Source: Candidatus Puniceispirillum sp. (GTDB lineage: Bacteria > Pseudomonadota > Alphaproteobacteria > Caedimonadales > UBA1908). Taken from it: a stretch of DNA of 64,000 nucleotides. Where the stretch lies: the NCBI GenBank assembly GCA_013822015.1, contig PNJU01000001.1, positions 16,797-80,796 on the forward strand. The letters are read 5' to 3'. The position numbers and the translations under genes are program-made. This document shows positions 44,366 through 54,148 of the stretch, one piece after another. Each line of letters starts with the position of its first letter. The first letter of the stretch is position 1. Below the pieces are notes generated by a model that had not been told where the DNA came from, ran no database searches, and saw nothing but the letters and a program-made list of their open reading frames with translations.

Positions 44366-46753
44366 ATGACTGTCAATACTAGTAGTAATAGGGCGCCTAA
44401 TGGCGCCACTCAACAATTTGTTGAACAGTTAAACCAGCAGAAAACCAGAATCCGCTTCGCCGTGGCACTCGTCCTTTCGGGGTTTGCCGCCCTCGCTTAT
44501 CAGGTTGCGTGGCAACGCGTCCTGACGCAGGTCATTGGTTCCGATGCTATCTCGATGGTCTTGGTCGTCACTATTTTCATGATTTGCCTCGGCATAGGCT
44601 CCGAGCTTGCAAAGTTCCTCGTCGCACAATCTCAGGCTCGTGCGTTGCGGCTGTACGCCACCATTGAGGTTTTGGTGGCCGCCTATGGCATTATCTCTAT
44701 ACCCCTTCTTAGAACCATTAATGCCAGCACAGGTGCAGTTACGGGCGATTCACTGACCGCAGATTTTTTGCTCAACCTCGGGCTGCTATCTCTGCCTATT
44801 ATCGGAATGGGGCTCACGACGCCACTGATCGTGCACGTCGCGAAAGAAAGTCTGTCCAACGTGGGTCGTACAGTGGGCCTTCTCTACGGCTGGAATATTG
44901 CCGGTGCTGCCATTGGCTCACTCCTAACAGGCTTGTTACTGATTGAGCTGTTTGGGCTTCGAGGCACGACGTTGTTCGCGGCTGGCGCAAACGTAGTCGC
45001 GGCAGCAATAGCGATCAAGGGGCTGCGGCTGATACCGCATACCAGCCAAGGGACCAATGCCACCGCGACTGGGACAAAGCCAGCTAAGATTCCAACGACA
45101 GCAGCCATTTCCGCTGTTCTTTTTGGTTTTGGTACGCTGGCGATTCAAATCATTTTCTTTCGTGTTCTTTCAAACTACTTAACCCTTTCAACGATCGTAT
45201 TCCCCGTCCTTCTATGCGCTTATCTGTGCCTCATGTCGGCCGGTCAATGGGTCGGCGGGCAATTGGCCGACCGATACAGCGAACGGCTTCCTTATGTCAT
45301 AGCCGCTCTGTTCGCTTTGGGTGCAGTTCTTTTGCTTGCTGCACTTGCATTTCCTCCAGAATGGGCTGCCTACTTCAACGCACTTCGCTTCTCCAGCTTT
45401 AATGGTCAACTTGTCGCACCTGAATTCGCTCATCTGATTGGCGACCCATCGCCCATAACAGTCTTCCTGTTTTCTTTCGGCATGATGCTCTCAGTGATGG
45501 CGTGGTCTGGCCTCTTCCCAGTGATGTTCAGACTGATCACGCAACGTATTGAAGACGCAGGAAATCGGTTTGCTCGCATCTACACTCTTTACACTGTTGG
45601 AAACGTAGTCGGCGCTTTTGCTTGCGGCATCTTTTTACTACCGTACTTAGGCACAGGCCTAAGTGCATTGGCCACTGTGTTGGTTGTAGCGCTTGGCTCA
45701 CTATTTGTGCTGTTAGGTAATAGCTCTTCATCTCACGGTTCCCGGGCCTATATCCTCTTGGCGGCGGGCGCGGTTGCAGGGCTCTTGATGCCCACAGACT
45801 ATTACCGTTCATTTAAGTTTGGAAAGTACGAAGTCGCCGAAGTTTTTGAAGGTAGAACTGGGGTAGCTACGGTTGTTCCCACCTCACGCTTCTACACAAT
45901 CGTTGATGTAAACCGCACTGCATCGGCATCTGCTTTGAATGCTGACCCTGGACCAGCTGATCTATATGAGGCCTGGAGATGGAATCACACCGATTTGATG
46001 GCTCTTGATCCGAGTTTCCGTCCAAAAAACATCCTAGTCATCGGCATTGGGCACGCATATTTGATCGATGCCATGTTGGATCTGCCGTTCGTTGAAAAGA
46101 TTACCGTCGTTGACATATCCGCGGAAGTTGTCGAAGCTGTAAAAAAATACACAAAGACGTCAGCAAAGCGGATTTTCACTGACCCTCGTGTGGAAATTGT
46201 CATCGGCGATGGTCGGCGTTTTGTACAATCTGCCATCAAACACGGCGTGCATTATGACCTGATTCAGAATAAGATCAACGAGCCATGGCATGCTGGCGGT
46301 GGCAATCTATTCACCGAGGAGTTTTTCTTAGAAGAAAAGAAGCTCTTGACGCCCGGCGGCTATTTGAGTACGCGCCCATTAACTGGTCATCTGACGGATG
46401 GACTAAAGGTGTTCCACAACGCGATGTGGACCGGCTACTACCATATGTATTTTAAGAATGGAGAAGTGACAATCGCAGACACAGCTATTGTCAGCCCAGA
46501 TATAAAGGATGCGTGGTACACTGAATTGGCGGGCAAAGGACCTGTCCTAGCCCATGGCCGTGACACACTACAGGTGGCTGTGTTCAAAGAAGTCCCGGAC
46601 GCGTTGCGTACTGACCCAAACACGGATGATTACCCCACGTTTGAGTATTACTGGGTAAGACAACTTTTAGGAAACTGGGTCTCACCGCGCGTGAGCTTCC
46701 AAGATCTTGATTTCAAGCCTTACTTCCGAGACATCCCGGTAAAAATCCAGTGA
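44366..46753 (+). CDS. fused multi-TM (MFS-like) / spermidine synthase-like protein
   Basis: The N-terminal ~480 aa are hydrophobic (LSGFAALAYQVAWQRVL...). The C-terminus has a class I MTase/aminopropyltransferase fold (ILVIGIGHAYLIDAML...VVDISAEVV...DPRVEIVIGDGRRFV...YDLI). Spot counts gave about 47-48% G+C. Confidence 0.8.
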   Translation: MTVNTSSNRAPNGATQQFVEQLNQQKTRIRFAVALVLSGFAALAYQVAWQRVLTQVIGSDAISMVLVVTIFMICLGIGSELAKFLVAQSQARALRLYATIEVLVAAYGIISIPLLRTINASTGAVTGDSLTADFLLNLGLLSLPIIGMGLTTPLIVHVAKESLSNVGRTVGLLYGWNIAGAAIGSLLTGLLLIELFGLRGTTLFAAGANVVAAAIAIKGLRLIPHTSQGTNATATGTKPAKIPTTAAISAVLFGFGTLAIQIIFFRVLSNYLTLSTIVFPVLLCAYLCLMSAGQWVGGQLADRYSERLPYVIAALFALGAVLLLAALAFPPEWAAYFNALRFSSFNGQLVAPEFAHLIGDPSPITVFLFSFGMMLSVMAWSGLFPVMFRLITQRIEDAGNRFARIYTLYTVGNVVGAFACGIFLLPYLGTGLSALATVLVVALGSLFVLLGNSSSSHGSRAYILLAAGAVAGLLMPTDYYRSFKFGKYEVAEVFEGRTGVATVVPTSRFYTIVDVNRTASASALNADPGPADLYEAWRWNHTDLMALDPSFRPKNILVIGIGHAYLIDAMLDLPFVEKITVVDISAEVVEAVKKYTKTSAKRIFTDPRVEIVIGDGRRFVQSAIKHGVHYDLIQNKINEPWHAGGGNLFTEEFFLEEKKLLTPGGYLSTRPLTGHLTDGLKVFHNAMWTGYYHMYFKNGEVTIADTAIVSPDIKDAWYTELAGKGPVLAHGRDTLQVAVFKEVPDALRTDPNTDDYPTFEYYWVRQLLGNWVSPRVSFQDLDFKPYFRDIPVKIQ

Positions 46754-47240
46754 CTCTAAATGTAACGTAGCAAAAAGCATCAAGCTATAGCTAAGTGTTA
46801 ACGCACGATTTGTGCCCATCCAGACGCAAAGATAAAGTCGGGCAGCAAGTTCGTACAGGCACTCAGCTTAATCGTGGGGTTGGAATGTTCGCCGCGCTCT
46901 TGGACGGCACGGCGCCATGCGAGAATGAGCGTGTTCGAGGACGCAGCCTGGTGCATGTGTGAAAGGGAACTCCGAAGAGGCTGTTGGGTTACTTGTGGAT
47001 CTTTCAGCAAGGCTACATTTAACGGCTAAACACTTTCACAAACCAATCCAAAGGGAGAACAGGGATCCTGCACAAACGTGGATGCATGATCAAATGCATC
47101 ATTAAGTTCTGTGAGCACTTCCTCATAACACAGAGGGACTGTTTTTTCATGTGTGAAGCGCGCGTTGAAGAACTTGCAACAGCAACAATCTCAAGACTGG
47201 GCATGATATATTTCATTTTCACGTCAACTTTCGACGGATT

Positions 47241-47284
47241 ATAGCGAGAACAGTTTAATTTGATAACGGAAAACGAGGCAAGCG
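47241..47284 (+). repeat. repeat R copy 3 (partial, 44 bp)
   Basis: ATAGCGAGAACAGTTTAATTTGATAACGGAAAACGAGGCAAGCG versus ATAGCTAGAACAGTTTAATGTGATAACAGGATACGAGGAAAGCG in copy 2. Confidence 0.65.
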
Positions 47285-47366
47285 CTCAGCCAAATCCATG
47301 GTCTAGATTTATCATAGGACAACACATAAAGCGCATGCATGGGGGTAATTTGCGTAGATCACAATA

Positions 47367-47443
47367 TGGTGCGCCCGAGAGGATTCGAACCTCCGACCCC
47401 AGGATTAGGAATCCTGTGCTCTATCCTGCTGAGCTACGAGCGC
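47367..47443 (-). tRNA. tRNA-Arg (anticodon CCU)
   Basis: The reverse complement GCGCTCGTAGCTCAGCAGGATAGAGCACAGGATTCCTAATCCTGGGGTCGGAGGTTCGAATCCTCTCGGGCGCACCA folds as a cloverleaf with a 7-bp acceptor, GCTC/GAGC D stem, CAGGA/TCCTG anticodon stem and TTCGAAT T loop. CCA is encoded. Confidence 0.9.
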
Positions 47444-47512
47444 ATGGGGTGAACTTTAGCGCATGAGGCGCGCTTTGCACAAGGCGAAAAAGCGCGCCAA
47501 CCCTCAAAATCC

Positions 47513-49468
47513 TCAGGCGTTGGATGCGTGATCGCGCACGCCTTCAATGAGTTCGGCCCCTGCCAAAAAGGTCGCGGTGCTGCCCTCAAAGTCTGAGCCC
47601 ACGTCTTCCCAACGCCCACCTAATACCTGTCCCAAAAAGCGCTCAACGGTGGCGTAAAAAGATAAGCGGTTTTCTGGGCGCTGAAAGCCGTGCCCTTCGT
47701 CTGGATAAAGCACGTAGGTTACAGGAATGCTTTTTTTCTGCATCGCATGGACGATCTGATCGGACTCAGCCTGTTTCACACGCGGATCATTGGCGCCCTG
47801 GGCAATGAGAAGGGGCTTTTTGATGCGATCACAAAAGGTCAGCGGCGAGCGGCTCCTCAAATAGTCACGCCCTTCCTGGGTGGACGCATCGCCCCCAATC
47901 ATAAGCCGCATCATATCGCGCACAGGCGCCCAGTAAGGCGGAATGGACGCAATGAGTGTCTCAAGACTGGAGGGGCCCACGATATCAACCCCGCACGCAA
48001 AGACGTCTGGGGTCATGGAAAGCCCCACAAGGGTTGCGTACCCGCCGTAGCTTCCCCCAAAAATGCACACCTGTTCTTTGGTGGTGATGCCCTCTTCTAC
48101 CGCCCAGTTGACGGCGTCCAGAAGATCCTCATGCATCTTGCCGGCCCACTCGCCGTTGCCTGCCTCGATAAAGGCCTTACCAAAGCCTGTGGAGGAACGG
48201 TAGTTGACACTGAGCACTGCGTACCCTCTGTTGGTTAGCCATTGGTGAACAGGGTCATACCCCCAGCGATCGCGCGCGCGTGGGCCCCCGTGAACGTCCA
48301 GAACGAGAGGCACGGGGCGCGACGCTTTGCCCGCTCCTCCCGCATCCACATCAACGGGCAGACTTAAGTACGACACCAGGGTCAAGCCGTCCCTTGCCTT
48401 AATCAAGCGGGGATGCATGCGTGTAAGGGGAAGCCCCTCCAAGGACTTGCGCGCTGAAAAGAGGAACGTTGCCTTGCGCACGTCGCGGTCAAAGGTATAG
48501 TAATAGGCCGGCCCACAGTCTTTTGTGAACACAACAACCCATAGACGTCCATCGGCGCTCATGCTTGTGATTTCGACGTCTGCGTCCTGGAGGGTCTCCA
48601 GGTACGCCAAGTCCTTGGCCACACCCTCGTCTTTAATTTGCCAGCGCTTGCGGTCATAGGTTGCAGCCCCGCCCCAAAGCTCCTTTGTGGTTGGGTGCAT
48701 TAAAAGATCGTCCACATCGGCAAGGGAGTCCTCAACAAGCACTTTATGGTTACCCGTTGAAAGGTCCATGAGGGTCAAAGCACTTGTGTTGCGCCCTCGA
48801 CTATCCACCATATAAACGTGTTTACCGCTCCCATCAAAGCCCAGCATGGATGTGGTTAAAACGTCCTGGGGTGAAAGGGTCATGAAAGGCGCCTCGTCCA
48901 CCTCTCCGCCCACAAGCTGGTGGTAGGCCCCTCCCCCATCGGGAAGGCTGCGAAAGGCAAAGCGCACACTTAAGTGCTCGTCACACAAAAACCCAGCCCA
49001 GGCCGTATTTTCCATGAGAAGAATACGCTTACCGGACACCAAATCCACGCGGTAAATATCATGAAAGGTTGGATCGCGCTCATTCAAACCCAAGAGAATT
49101 TCACCGGGCACCTTGTCACCAATGGCCTGGATCGTCGCGTGGACACCCTTCTCGGGAGAGAGTGCATGGAACGCTTTTGTCTCCACATTGAGGGCGTAAA
49201 CGATCCAGTTCTCGTCCCCTTCCTTGTCTTGTTGATAGACAAGATAATTCTCAAGATGTGTCCATGCGTAGGTGCGAATGCCGCGCCCCTTATCTTGGGT
49301 GAGGAGCGTGCCCTCATGGGGTTTGTCCAAAGGTGCAATCCAGAGGTTTAACACCCCTTCATGGGGCGCAATATAGGTAAGCCACCTGCCATCGGGGCTA
49401 ATTTGTACACCAATATGGTCAGGATTAGAGAAAAAAACCCTGCGTGGGATAAGGGGTGTTTGGCTCAT
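47513..49468 (-). CDS. S9 family serine peptidase (prolyl oligopeptidase / dipeptidyl aminopeptidase type)
   Basis: N-terminal beta-propeller-like region. C-terminal alpha/beta hydrolase with GGSYGGYAT nucleophile elbow, GANDPRV and PDEGHGF. Confidence 0.88.
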   Translation of the reverse strand: MSQTPLIPRRVFFSNPDHIGVQISPDGRWLTYIAPHEGVLNLWIAPLDKPHEGTLLTQDKGRGIRTYAWTHLENYLVYQQDKEGDENWIVYALNVETKAFHALSPEKGVHATIQAIGDKVPGEILLGLNERDPTFHDIYRVDLVSGKRILLMENTAWAGFLCDEHLSVRFAFRSLPDGGGAYHQLVGGEVDEAPFMTLSPQDVLTTSMLGFDGSGKHVYMVDSRGRNTSALTLMDLSTGNHKVLVEDSLADVDDLLMHPTTKELWGGAATYDRKRWQIKDEGVAKDLAYLETLQDADVEITSMSADGRLWVVVFTKDCGPAYYYTFDRDVRKATFLFSARKSLEGLPLTRMHPRLIKARDGLTLVSYLSLPVDVDAGGAGKASRPVPLVLDVHGGPRARDRWGYDPVHQWLTNRGYAVLSVNYRSSTGFGKAFIEAGNGEWAGKMHEDLLDAVNWAVEEGITTKEQVCIFGGSYGGYATLVGLSMTPDVFACGVDIVGPSSLETLIASIPPYWAPVRDMMRLMIGGDASTQEGRDYLRSRSPLTFCDRIKKPLLIAQGANDPRVKQAESDQIVHAMQKKSIPVTYVLYPDEGHGFQRPENRLSFYATVERFLGQVLGGRWEDVGSDFEGSTATFLAGAELIEGVRDHASNA

Positions 49469-51042
49469 GGGCGTGTCCTTTTTCTTCTTGTTATTTCTAA
49501 GTGTGGAATAACCATACCAAGGAGTGCGGCTGCCAACAAGAGCAAGACAAAGGGCGTGTCCCCCATGCGCCCGTAAAGGGTGGGCGCAAATGCCTTAGGA
49601 AGGCGCGCGTCTAGCACCCCTTCTTCATCCAACTCTAAGCGTACTTCGGATCTGCCTAAGGGGTCAATCACCGCTGAAATCCCATTGTTGGCCACGCGTA
49701 CCAAGGGAAGACCCTCCTCCACTGCGCGCACGCGCGCCATCTCAAAATGCTGGAAAGGACCTGAGGTGCGTCCGTACCATGCGTCGTTTGTAATATTGAG
49801 CATCCAGGCGGGACGCTTGTCCCGGTCCACCACAGCGCCCGGGAAAATGACCTCATAGCAAATCAGAGGAGAAAAGGACGGTAGGTTCGGTATCTTCACA
49901 AAACGGGGGCCCTGGCCCGCGCTGTAATCCATGGCCCCGGCCGTGACCTTTTTCACAAATGAGGGCAAGAGCGCGCGCCCAGGCACGTACTCTCCAAAGG
50001 GCACCAAGTGATGCTTGTCATAAGTGGCAATCACGCGCGCGTTTTTGTCCACGGCCATAAGGCTTGTCCACAACTGCGCGGGCTGCCCCTCAGGCGACCG
50101 CCTTGGCACACCGAACAAAACCGCCCCGCCCTCATCTGGCACAAGACTTGCCAGACGCGCCAGCGCCTTCCCGCTCTCAGCCGCAAAAAAGGGCAGCGCT
50201 GATTCAGGCCAAATAATATGGGTCACGTCCTTTTCAAGGGAAAGGCGACTCATGGTCTCGAGACGCTCAAAAATGGCGCGCTGGTGTCCGGGCTCCCATT
50301 TTAGGTTCTGGGAAATACACGGCTGCACAAGGCGAAGTCCAACCCCATCCACGTATGAGATGGACGTATGGGTCAGGCGCTGGGCACCCCAGAAGTACGC
50401 GCCCACTGCAACTACACACACGCCTGCAAAAGCGACACGGCGAGGCGTGTCGCCCAAGGGAAAGAGAAGCCCCACGCCCGCCACAAGAAGAGTAAGAAGG
50501 CTCATGCCATAAGCCCCCACAAGGGAAAAAAGCTGGGTCAGTGCGTCGTTGTGTGCCCAGGTGTATCCCCACAGGGCCCAAGGAAAGCCCGTCAGCACAT
50601 GACCGCGCAGCCACTCACCCCCGGCAAGCAGCGCCGCCATGAGAAGATAGCTCTCTCGCCTTTGAAAAAGGCGCGTACTCGCCTCCCCGTACACCCAAAG
50701 GGGCACGCCCACAAAGAAAAGCGCAAGGAACGCAGGAAGGCCTAAAACCGTGAAGGGTGTCAGCCACCAAAAACTGGCCATATCCACATGAAAAGCCACA
50801 GCAATCCAGTATAGGGTCCCCACAAAGTAGGTCAGCCCAAAGAAAAAGCCGATCCACAAACGTACCCGTGGCGCACGCGCCCTCTGCAAGAGAAAAAGCA
50901 CTGGAAAGACAAGGAAAATGAGCGGCGAGAAAGACACCGGCGCCTGGGTCAGCGCGCACAGCGCCCCCAGTAAGGCAGCGCCGCCGTAAGCCCGGGCGTT
51001 CTTTTCAAAAAAAGTGTTTATACCCATGGGGGTCTCGCACAT
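49465..51042 (-). CDS. lnt: apolipoprotein N-acyltransferase
   Basis: Polytopic N-terminus plus CN-hydrolase domain with LICYEVIFP catalytic Cys. 4-nt overlap with the peptidase gene. Alternative start at MGINTFF. Confidence 0.9.
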   Translation of the reverse strand: MCETPMGINTFFEKNARAYGGAALLGALCALTQAPVSFSPLIFLVFPVLFLLQRARAPRVRLWIGFFFGLTYFVGTLYWIAVAFHVDMASFWWLTPFTVLGLPAFLALFFVGVPLWVYGEASTRLFQRRESYLLMAALLAGGEWLRGHVLTGFPWALWGYTWAHNDALTQLFSLVGAYGMSLLTLLVAGVGLLFPLGDTPRRVAFAGVCVVAVGAYFWGAQRLTHTSISYVDGVGLRLVQPCISQNLKWEPGHQRAIFERLETMSRLSLEKDVTHIIWPESALPFFAAESGKALARLASLVPDEGGAVLFGVPRRSPEGQPAQLWTSLMAVDKNARVIATYDKHHLVPFGEYVPGRALLPSFVKKVTAGAMDYSAGQGPRFVKIPNLPSFSPLICYEVIFPGAVVDRDKRPAWMLNITNDAWYGRTSGPFQHFEMARVRAVEEGLPLVRVANNGISAVIDPLGRSEVRLELDEEGVLDARLPKAFAPTLYGRMGDTPFVLLLLAAALLGMVIPHLEITRRKRTRP

Positions 51043-51182
51043 AACAAAATGAACTTGGGTGCGATCCTAGCTTTTTGGCAAGTGCAATGCAACTCGGGTC
51101 AAAGGAGAGTTCCATCAAACATCGTGGCAAGTCTTTGAGCGCCATGTTAGTCTCAATTAAGGTAAACTTGCGTCCTCAATCC

Positions 51183-51608
51183 ATGAACACAGGCCACACC
51201 CGCATCAGACTTATGAGGCGCGCCTCCTTTTGCGCTTCTCACCACTTGTATAATCCTGATTATGACAAGGCTTGGAACGAGGCCGTTTATGGCAAGTGCG
51301 CAAGAACAAACGGCCATGGGCATAACTACCAGCTTGAGGTCAGCGTTGAAGGCACAATCGACCCCCAAACAGGCATGATCATCAACCTCACGGACCTCAA
51401 GCGTATCTTAGAAGACGTGATTGTCTCCAAGGTTGATCACTATCACCTCAACCACGACGTGCCGTTTTTAAAAGGCGTCATCCCAACGACTGAAAACCTT
51501 GCCCTCGCCTTCTGGCAAGAGCTAGACCCCCATATTCCAGGAAACGGCCTGCACAAGCTGACGCTCTGGGAGACCGAGAAGAATATTGTTGAGATTGTGC
51601 GCACATAA
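51183..51608 (+). CDS. 6-pyruvoyl-tetrahydropterin synthase family protein (eukaryote/PTPS-I-like motif) / QueD-like
   Basis: SFCASHHLYNP...YGKCARTNGHGHNYQLEV...GMIINLTDLK...DHYHLNHDVP...TTENLA. The C-x5-HGH spacing matches mammalian PTPS (GKCNNPNGHGHNY), not E. coli QueD (C-x3-HGH), as I recall them. Confidence 0.8.
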   Translation: MNTGHTRIRLMRRASFCASHHLYNPDYDKAWNEAVYGKCARTNGHGHNYQLEVSVEGTIDPQTGMIINLTDLKRILEDVIVSKVDHYHLNHDVPFLKGVIPTTENLALAFWQELDPHIPGNGLHKLTLWETEKNIVEIVRT

Positions 51609-51643
51609 GCGCGCCCGTCCTCACAGGCCTTTTGGAGAGGCCC

Positions 51644-52669
51644 TCACGCCTTGCTTTCGCGCTCAAGCAAAGGCAAAAGCCCAGGACAGTTCAACGCATT
51701 TGGCATCCGGACTGAAAAATATCTTGTAAGCTTACCAGGAAACCTGGGCTCAGGCCCGTCTTGCTCGCACAGCAAACGCACCATTTGATGGGCGCGCGCA
51801 TCGTCTAGCGCGCTGCAGTACTCCTCAACCACTCTCCTTGCGCCCAAACCCTCACCCTTTGTCAAAAGAAAGCTCAAGAGACTCAGCAAAGAAATGACGT
51901 CATGATCCTTATCAAGATTTAGATCATTTATAATACACCTAAAGTGATCAATAATTTCTACACTTTGATCAAATGGGATCTGTTCATGACTACGCACGTC
52001 ATGGGTTAACGAACGCCCTTTTTGATGCGCTTTATAAATCAAGGCAGAGGCATCCATGAGATGATTCACCCGCTCATCCGCCCACATGGCTTCGTTTTTG
52101 GGATATAGAAGATGCGCCAAACCCAGATGACTTGAGACACACGCCACACCATATCCCGCATTCAGACTTGATTTAAGGGACGGATGATTCTCGCCCCACA
52201 GCCATTCATTGGTGGAATAAAGGTAATCCAGGGTCATGGGGCATTCATTCATCATGAATATCCTTTTAGACTCAATGGCGCTTTGGGCCAGCTTTGCAGC
52301 CTCCATACGCAAAATGGTTCCATAGCGACGGCCTTGGTGGCTCTCAAGCACATCGGTCATTCCTTCTGCCACAAGATAACCGTTATGGTTATGGGCGCAC
52401 AAGGCGTGGGCCGCAACGGGGACCGCGTTTACTTTAAGGAGATAAACACCAAAGAGTGTGTCTTTTTCGCCAAACATGGCCTGGGTTTCATGGAACGTGT
52501 CCTCGTATGACTCCTTGCGACCGGTCTCATCCAAAAAAGCAAGATCATGAACACAGGTCGGCCGGGTTATATCCAGCAGCTCCTCCGCCTGGGAAGACGC
52601 AAGGACAACATGAGCGAAAAAGACGCTCCACAAAAAACAAGAAAAAAACTTTGCCAGAAAATGCCGCAT
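51644..52669 (-). CDS. hypothetical secreted protein (341 aa)
   Basis: Signal peptide MRHFLAKFFSCFLWSVFFAHVVLASS. No secure domain assignment. Confidence 0.5.
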   Translation of the reverse strand: MRHFLAKFFSCFLWSVFFAHVVLASSQAEELLDITRPTCVHDLAFLDETGRKESYEDTFHETQAMFGEKDTLFGVYLLKVNAVPVAAHALCAHNHNGYLVAEGMTDVLESHQGRRYGTILRMEAAKLAQSAIESKRIFMMNECPMTLDYLYSTNEWLWGENHPSLKSSLNAGYGVACVSSHLGLAHLLYPKNEAMWADERVNHLMDASALIYKAHQKGRSLTHDVRSHEQIPFDQSVEIIDHFRCIINDLNLDKDHDVISLLSLLSFLLTKGEGLGARRVVEEYCSALDDARAHQMVRLLCEQDGPEPRFPGKLTRYFSVRMPNALNCPGLLPLLERESKA

Positions 52670-52796
52670 ACTAATAAATCACCACTCAAAAAGAAGGAAT
52701 ATTTATTACGTAGCACACATATGTCAATTTAATAATTTTCTTCAAAGATATTTGGCAGCCAACGATGATAATTGCACAGCGCGTGGAGATACGCGC

Positions 52797-53501
52797 CTAG
52801 CGCTCAAGATTACCCAGATTTGCATGGATCACAGAGCCGTTGAGCACGGGACTTTCGGCACAAAAGTGCACCAGCGCGCCAATCTCCTCAGGCCTGATGA
52901 GCCGGCGCTGGGAAACACGGTCAAAAAGGGCCTCCAACTGCCCCTCACCCTTAAAAATACCCTCAAGCATTTGGGTCCTTGTAAACCCTGGGCAAAGGCA
53001 ACACGTATGCACGTTCGGGCTCTCCCCCAGATCCTGACAGGTTGCCTTCATGGCACCGGCGACGGCGTGCTTTGTTATGACGTAGGAGGCGGATCCGGGC
53101 ACCGCCTTTTCGGACAATGTCGAGCCAATGTAAATAATGGACGACCCTTGCGCCATCAGCGGAAGAAGCATTTGATTGAGAAGAAGGGGCGCAAACAGCC
53201 CCACGCGCAGATTCTTTTCCAAGGTTGCAATATCGAGGTCTTGGATGGTGTCTGCCTGGGAGATAGCGGCGTTGTGCACAAGACAGATCCGCTGGGGCCC
53301 TTGGACTGCTTGCCTGATGTGGGCGTGGGCAAGGTCCTGCCAATCACATTCGAGAAAATCAATGGCAATATTCAAGACCCCTGGCACGTCGCATGGACTC
53401 CTTGACAGATTCACAACACGCCAACCTTCTTCGTTGAAGACCTGCGCTGTGGCGCGCCCAATACCTCGACTAGCGCCGGTGATGATGACGAGCCCCATCA
53501 T
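52797..53501 (-). CDS. short-chain dehydrogenase/reductase (candidate pterin reductase)
   Basis: [15 protein letters not shown]...YVITK catalytic motif. ATG 53501 forms an ATGA overlap with the folE stop. Alternative GTG start at 53513. Confidence 0.8.
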   Translation of the reverse strand: MMGLVIITGASRGIGRATAQVFNEEGWRVVNLSRSPCDVPGVLNIAIDFLECDWQDLAHAHIRQAVQGPQRICLVHNAAISQADTIQDLDIATLEKNLRVGLFAPLLLNQMLLPLMAQGSSIIYIGSTLSEKAVPGSASYVITKHAVAGAMKATCQDLGESPNVHTCCLCPGFTRTQMLEGIFKGEGQLEALFDRVSQRRLIRPEEIGALVHFCAESPVLNGSVIHANLGNLER

Positions 53502-54085
53502 CGGGCGCTCCACGTGTGAAGATGTTGTAAAAACTCGCCCCGAACCGTGTCATGCTCTTTAAAAACACCCATAAAACTCGACGTGGTTGTGACGGAAGAC
53601 TGTTTGTTGACCCCGCGCATCATGAGACACATGTGCTGGGCGTCAATGGTTACAGCCACATCCCGCGTATTCAAATAGTGCCCGATGGCTTCGCCGATTT
53701 GGACTGTGAGGGTTTCCTGGATCTGAAGGCGATGGGCAAAGTGATCCACAACCCGTGCAAGTTTTGACAGACCCAATACCTTGCCCCGGGGGAAATACGC
53801 AATACTGCACGTGCCAAAAAAAGGCAACATATGATGCTCGCACATGGAGTAAAATTCTATGTGCCGCAAGACAACCATATCTGTATTGGGGCTTTCAAAA
53901 ATCGCCCCATTAATGACCTCATCGAGGTTTTCGTTGTATCCGCTGGTCAAGTCCGAGAGCGCCTGTATGACGCGTTGAGGTGTTTTCTTCAGGCCATCGC
54001 GGTCAGGATCATCACCCATATGCTTAATGATATCGCGAAGATGCAACTCTAAATCAGCCATACTACATCTCAAAAAGAACGCCAA
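53498..54085 (-). CDS. folE: GTP cyclohydrolase I (FolE type I)
   Basis: [33 protein letters not shown], and C-terminal HMCLMMRGV. Confidence 0.93.
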   Translation of the reverse strand: MAFFLRCSMADLELHLRDIIKHMGDDPDRDGLKKTPQRVIQALSDLTSGYNENLDEVINGAIFESPNTDMVVLRHIEFYSMCEHHMLPFFGTCSIAYFPRGKVLGLSKLARVVDHFAHRLQIQETLTVQIGEAIGHYLNTRDVAVTIDAQHMCLMMRGVNKQSSVTTTSSFMGVFKEHDTVRGEFLQHLHTWSAR

Positions 54086-54148
54086 TATTTCATATTACAA
54101 TTGTCAAATTAAAATAACGTTAATTGAGTGTTATATGCGACCTAAATA

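Noticed and set aside
46798-47222. Two short minus-strand ORFs (70 and 67 aa) in the insert between the tRNA-Arg copies; considered as integrase or transposase remnants
   Set aside because: No tyrosine-recombinase (R..HxxR..Y), serine-recombinase or DDE signature appears in any frame. The composition is non-coding-like. I left it unannotated as degenerate spacer.
51183-51608. Straightforward annotation as queD (queuosine pathway)
   Set aside because: Not rejected outright, but not adopted as the symbol. The active-site spacing C-x5-HGH and the overall similarity look like PTPS-I rather than QueD, and no other que genes are nearby. This needs the genome-wide check described in the findings.
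51644-52669. Possible GNAT acetyltransferase motif (VLESHQGRRYGTIL) in the secreted 341-aa protein
   Set aside because: The spacing does not fit Q/RxxGxG/A (Arg and Ile occupy the Gly positions), and no other GNAT motif is evident. I kept it as hypothetical.
52752-53405. 217-aa plus-strand ORF
   Set aside because: Antisense to the SDR gene, which has clear TGxxxGxG and YxxxK motifs.
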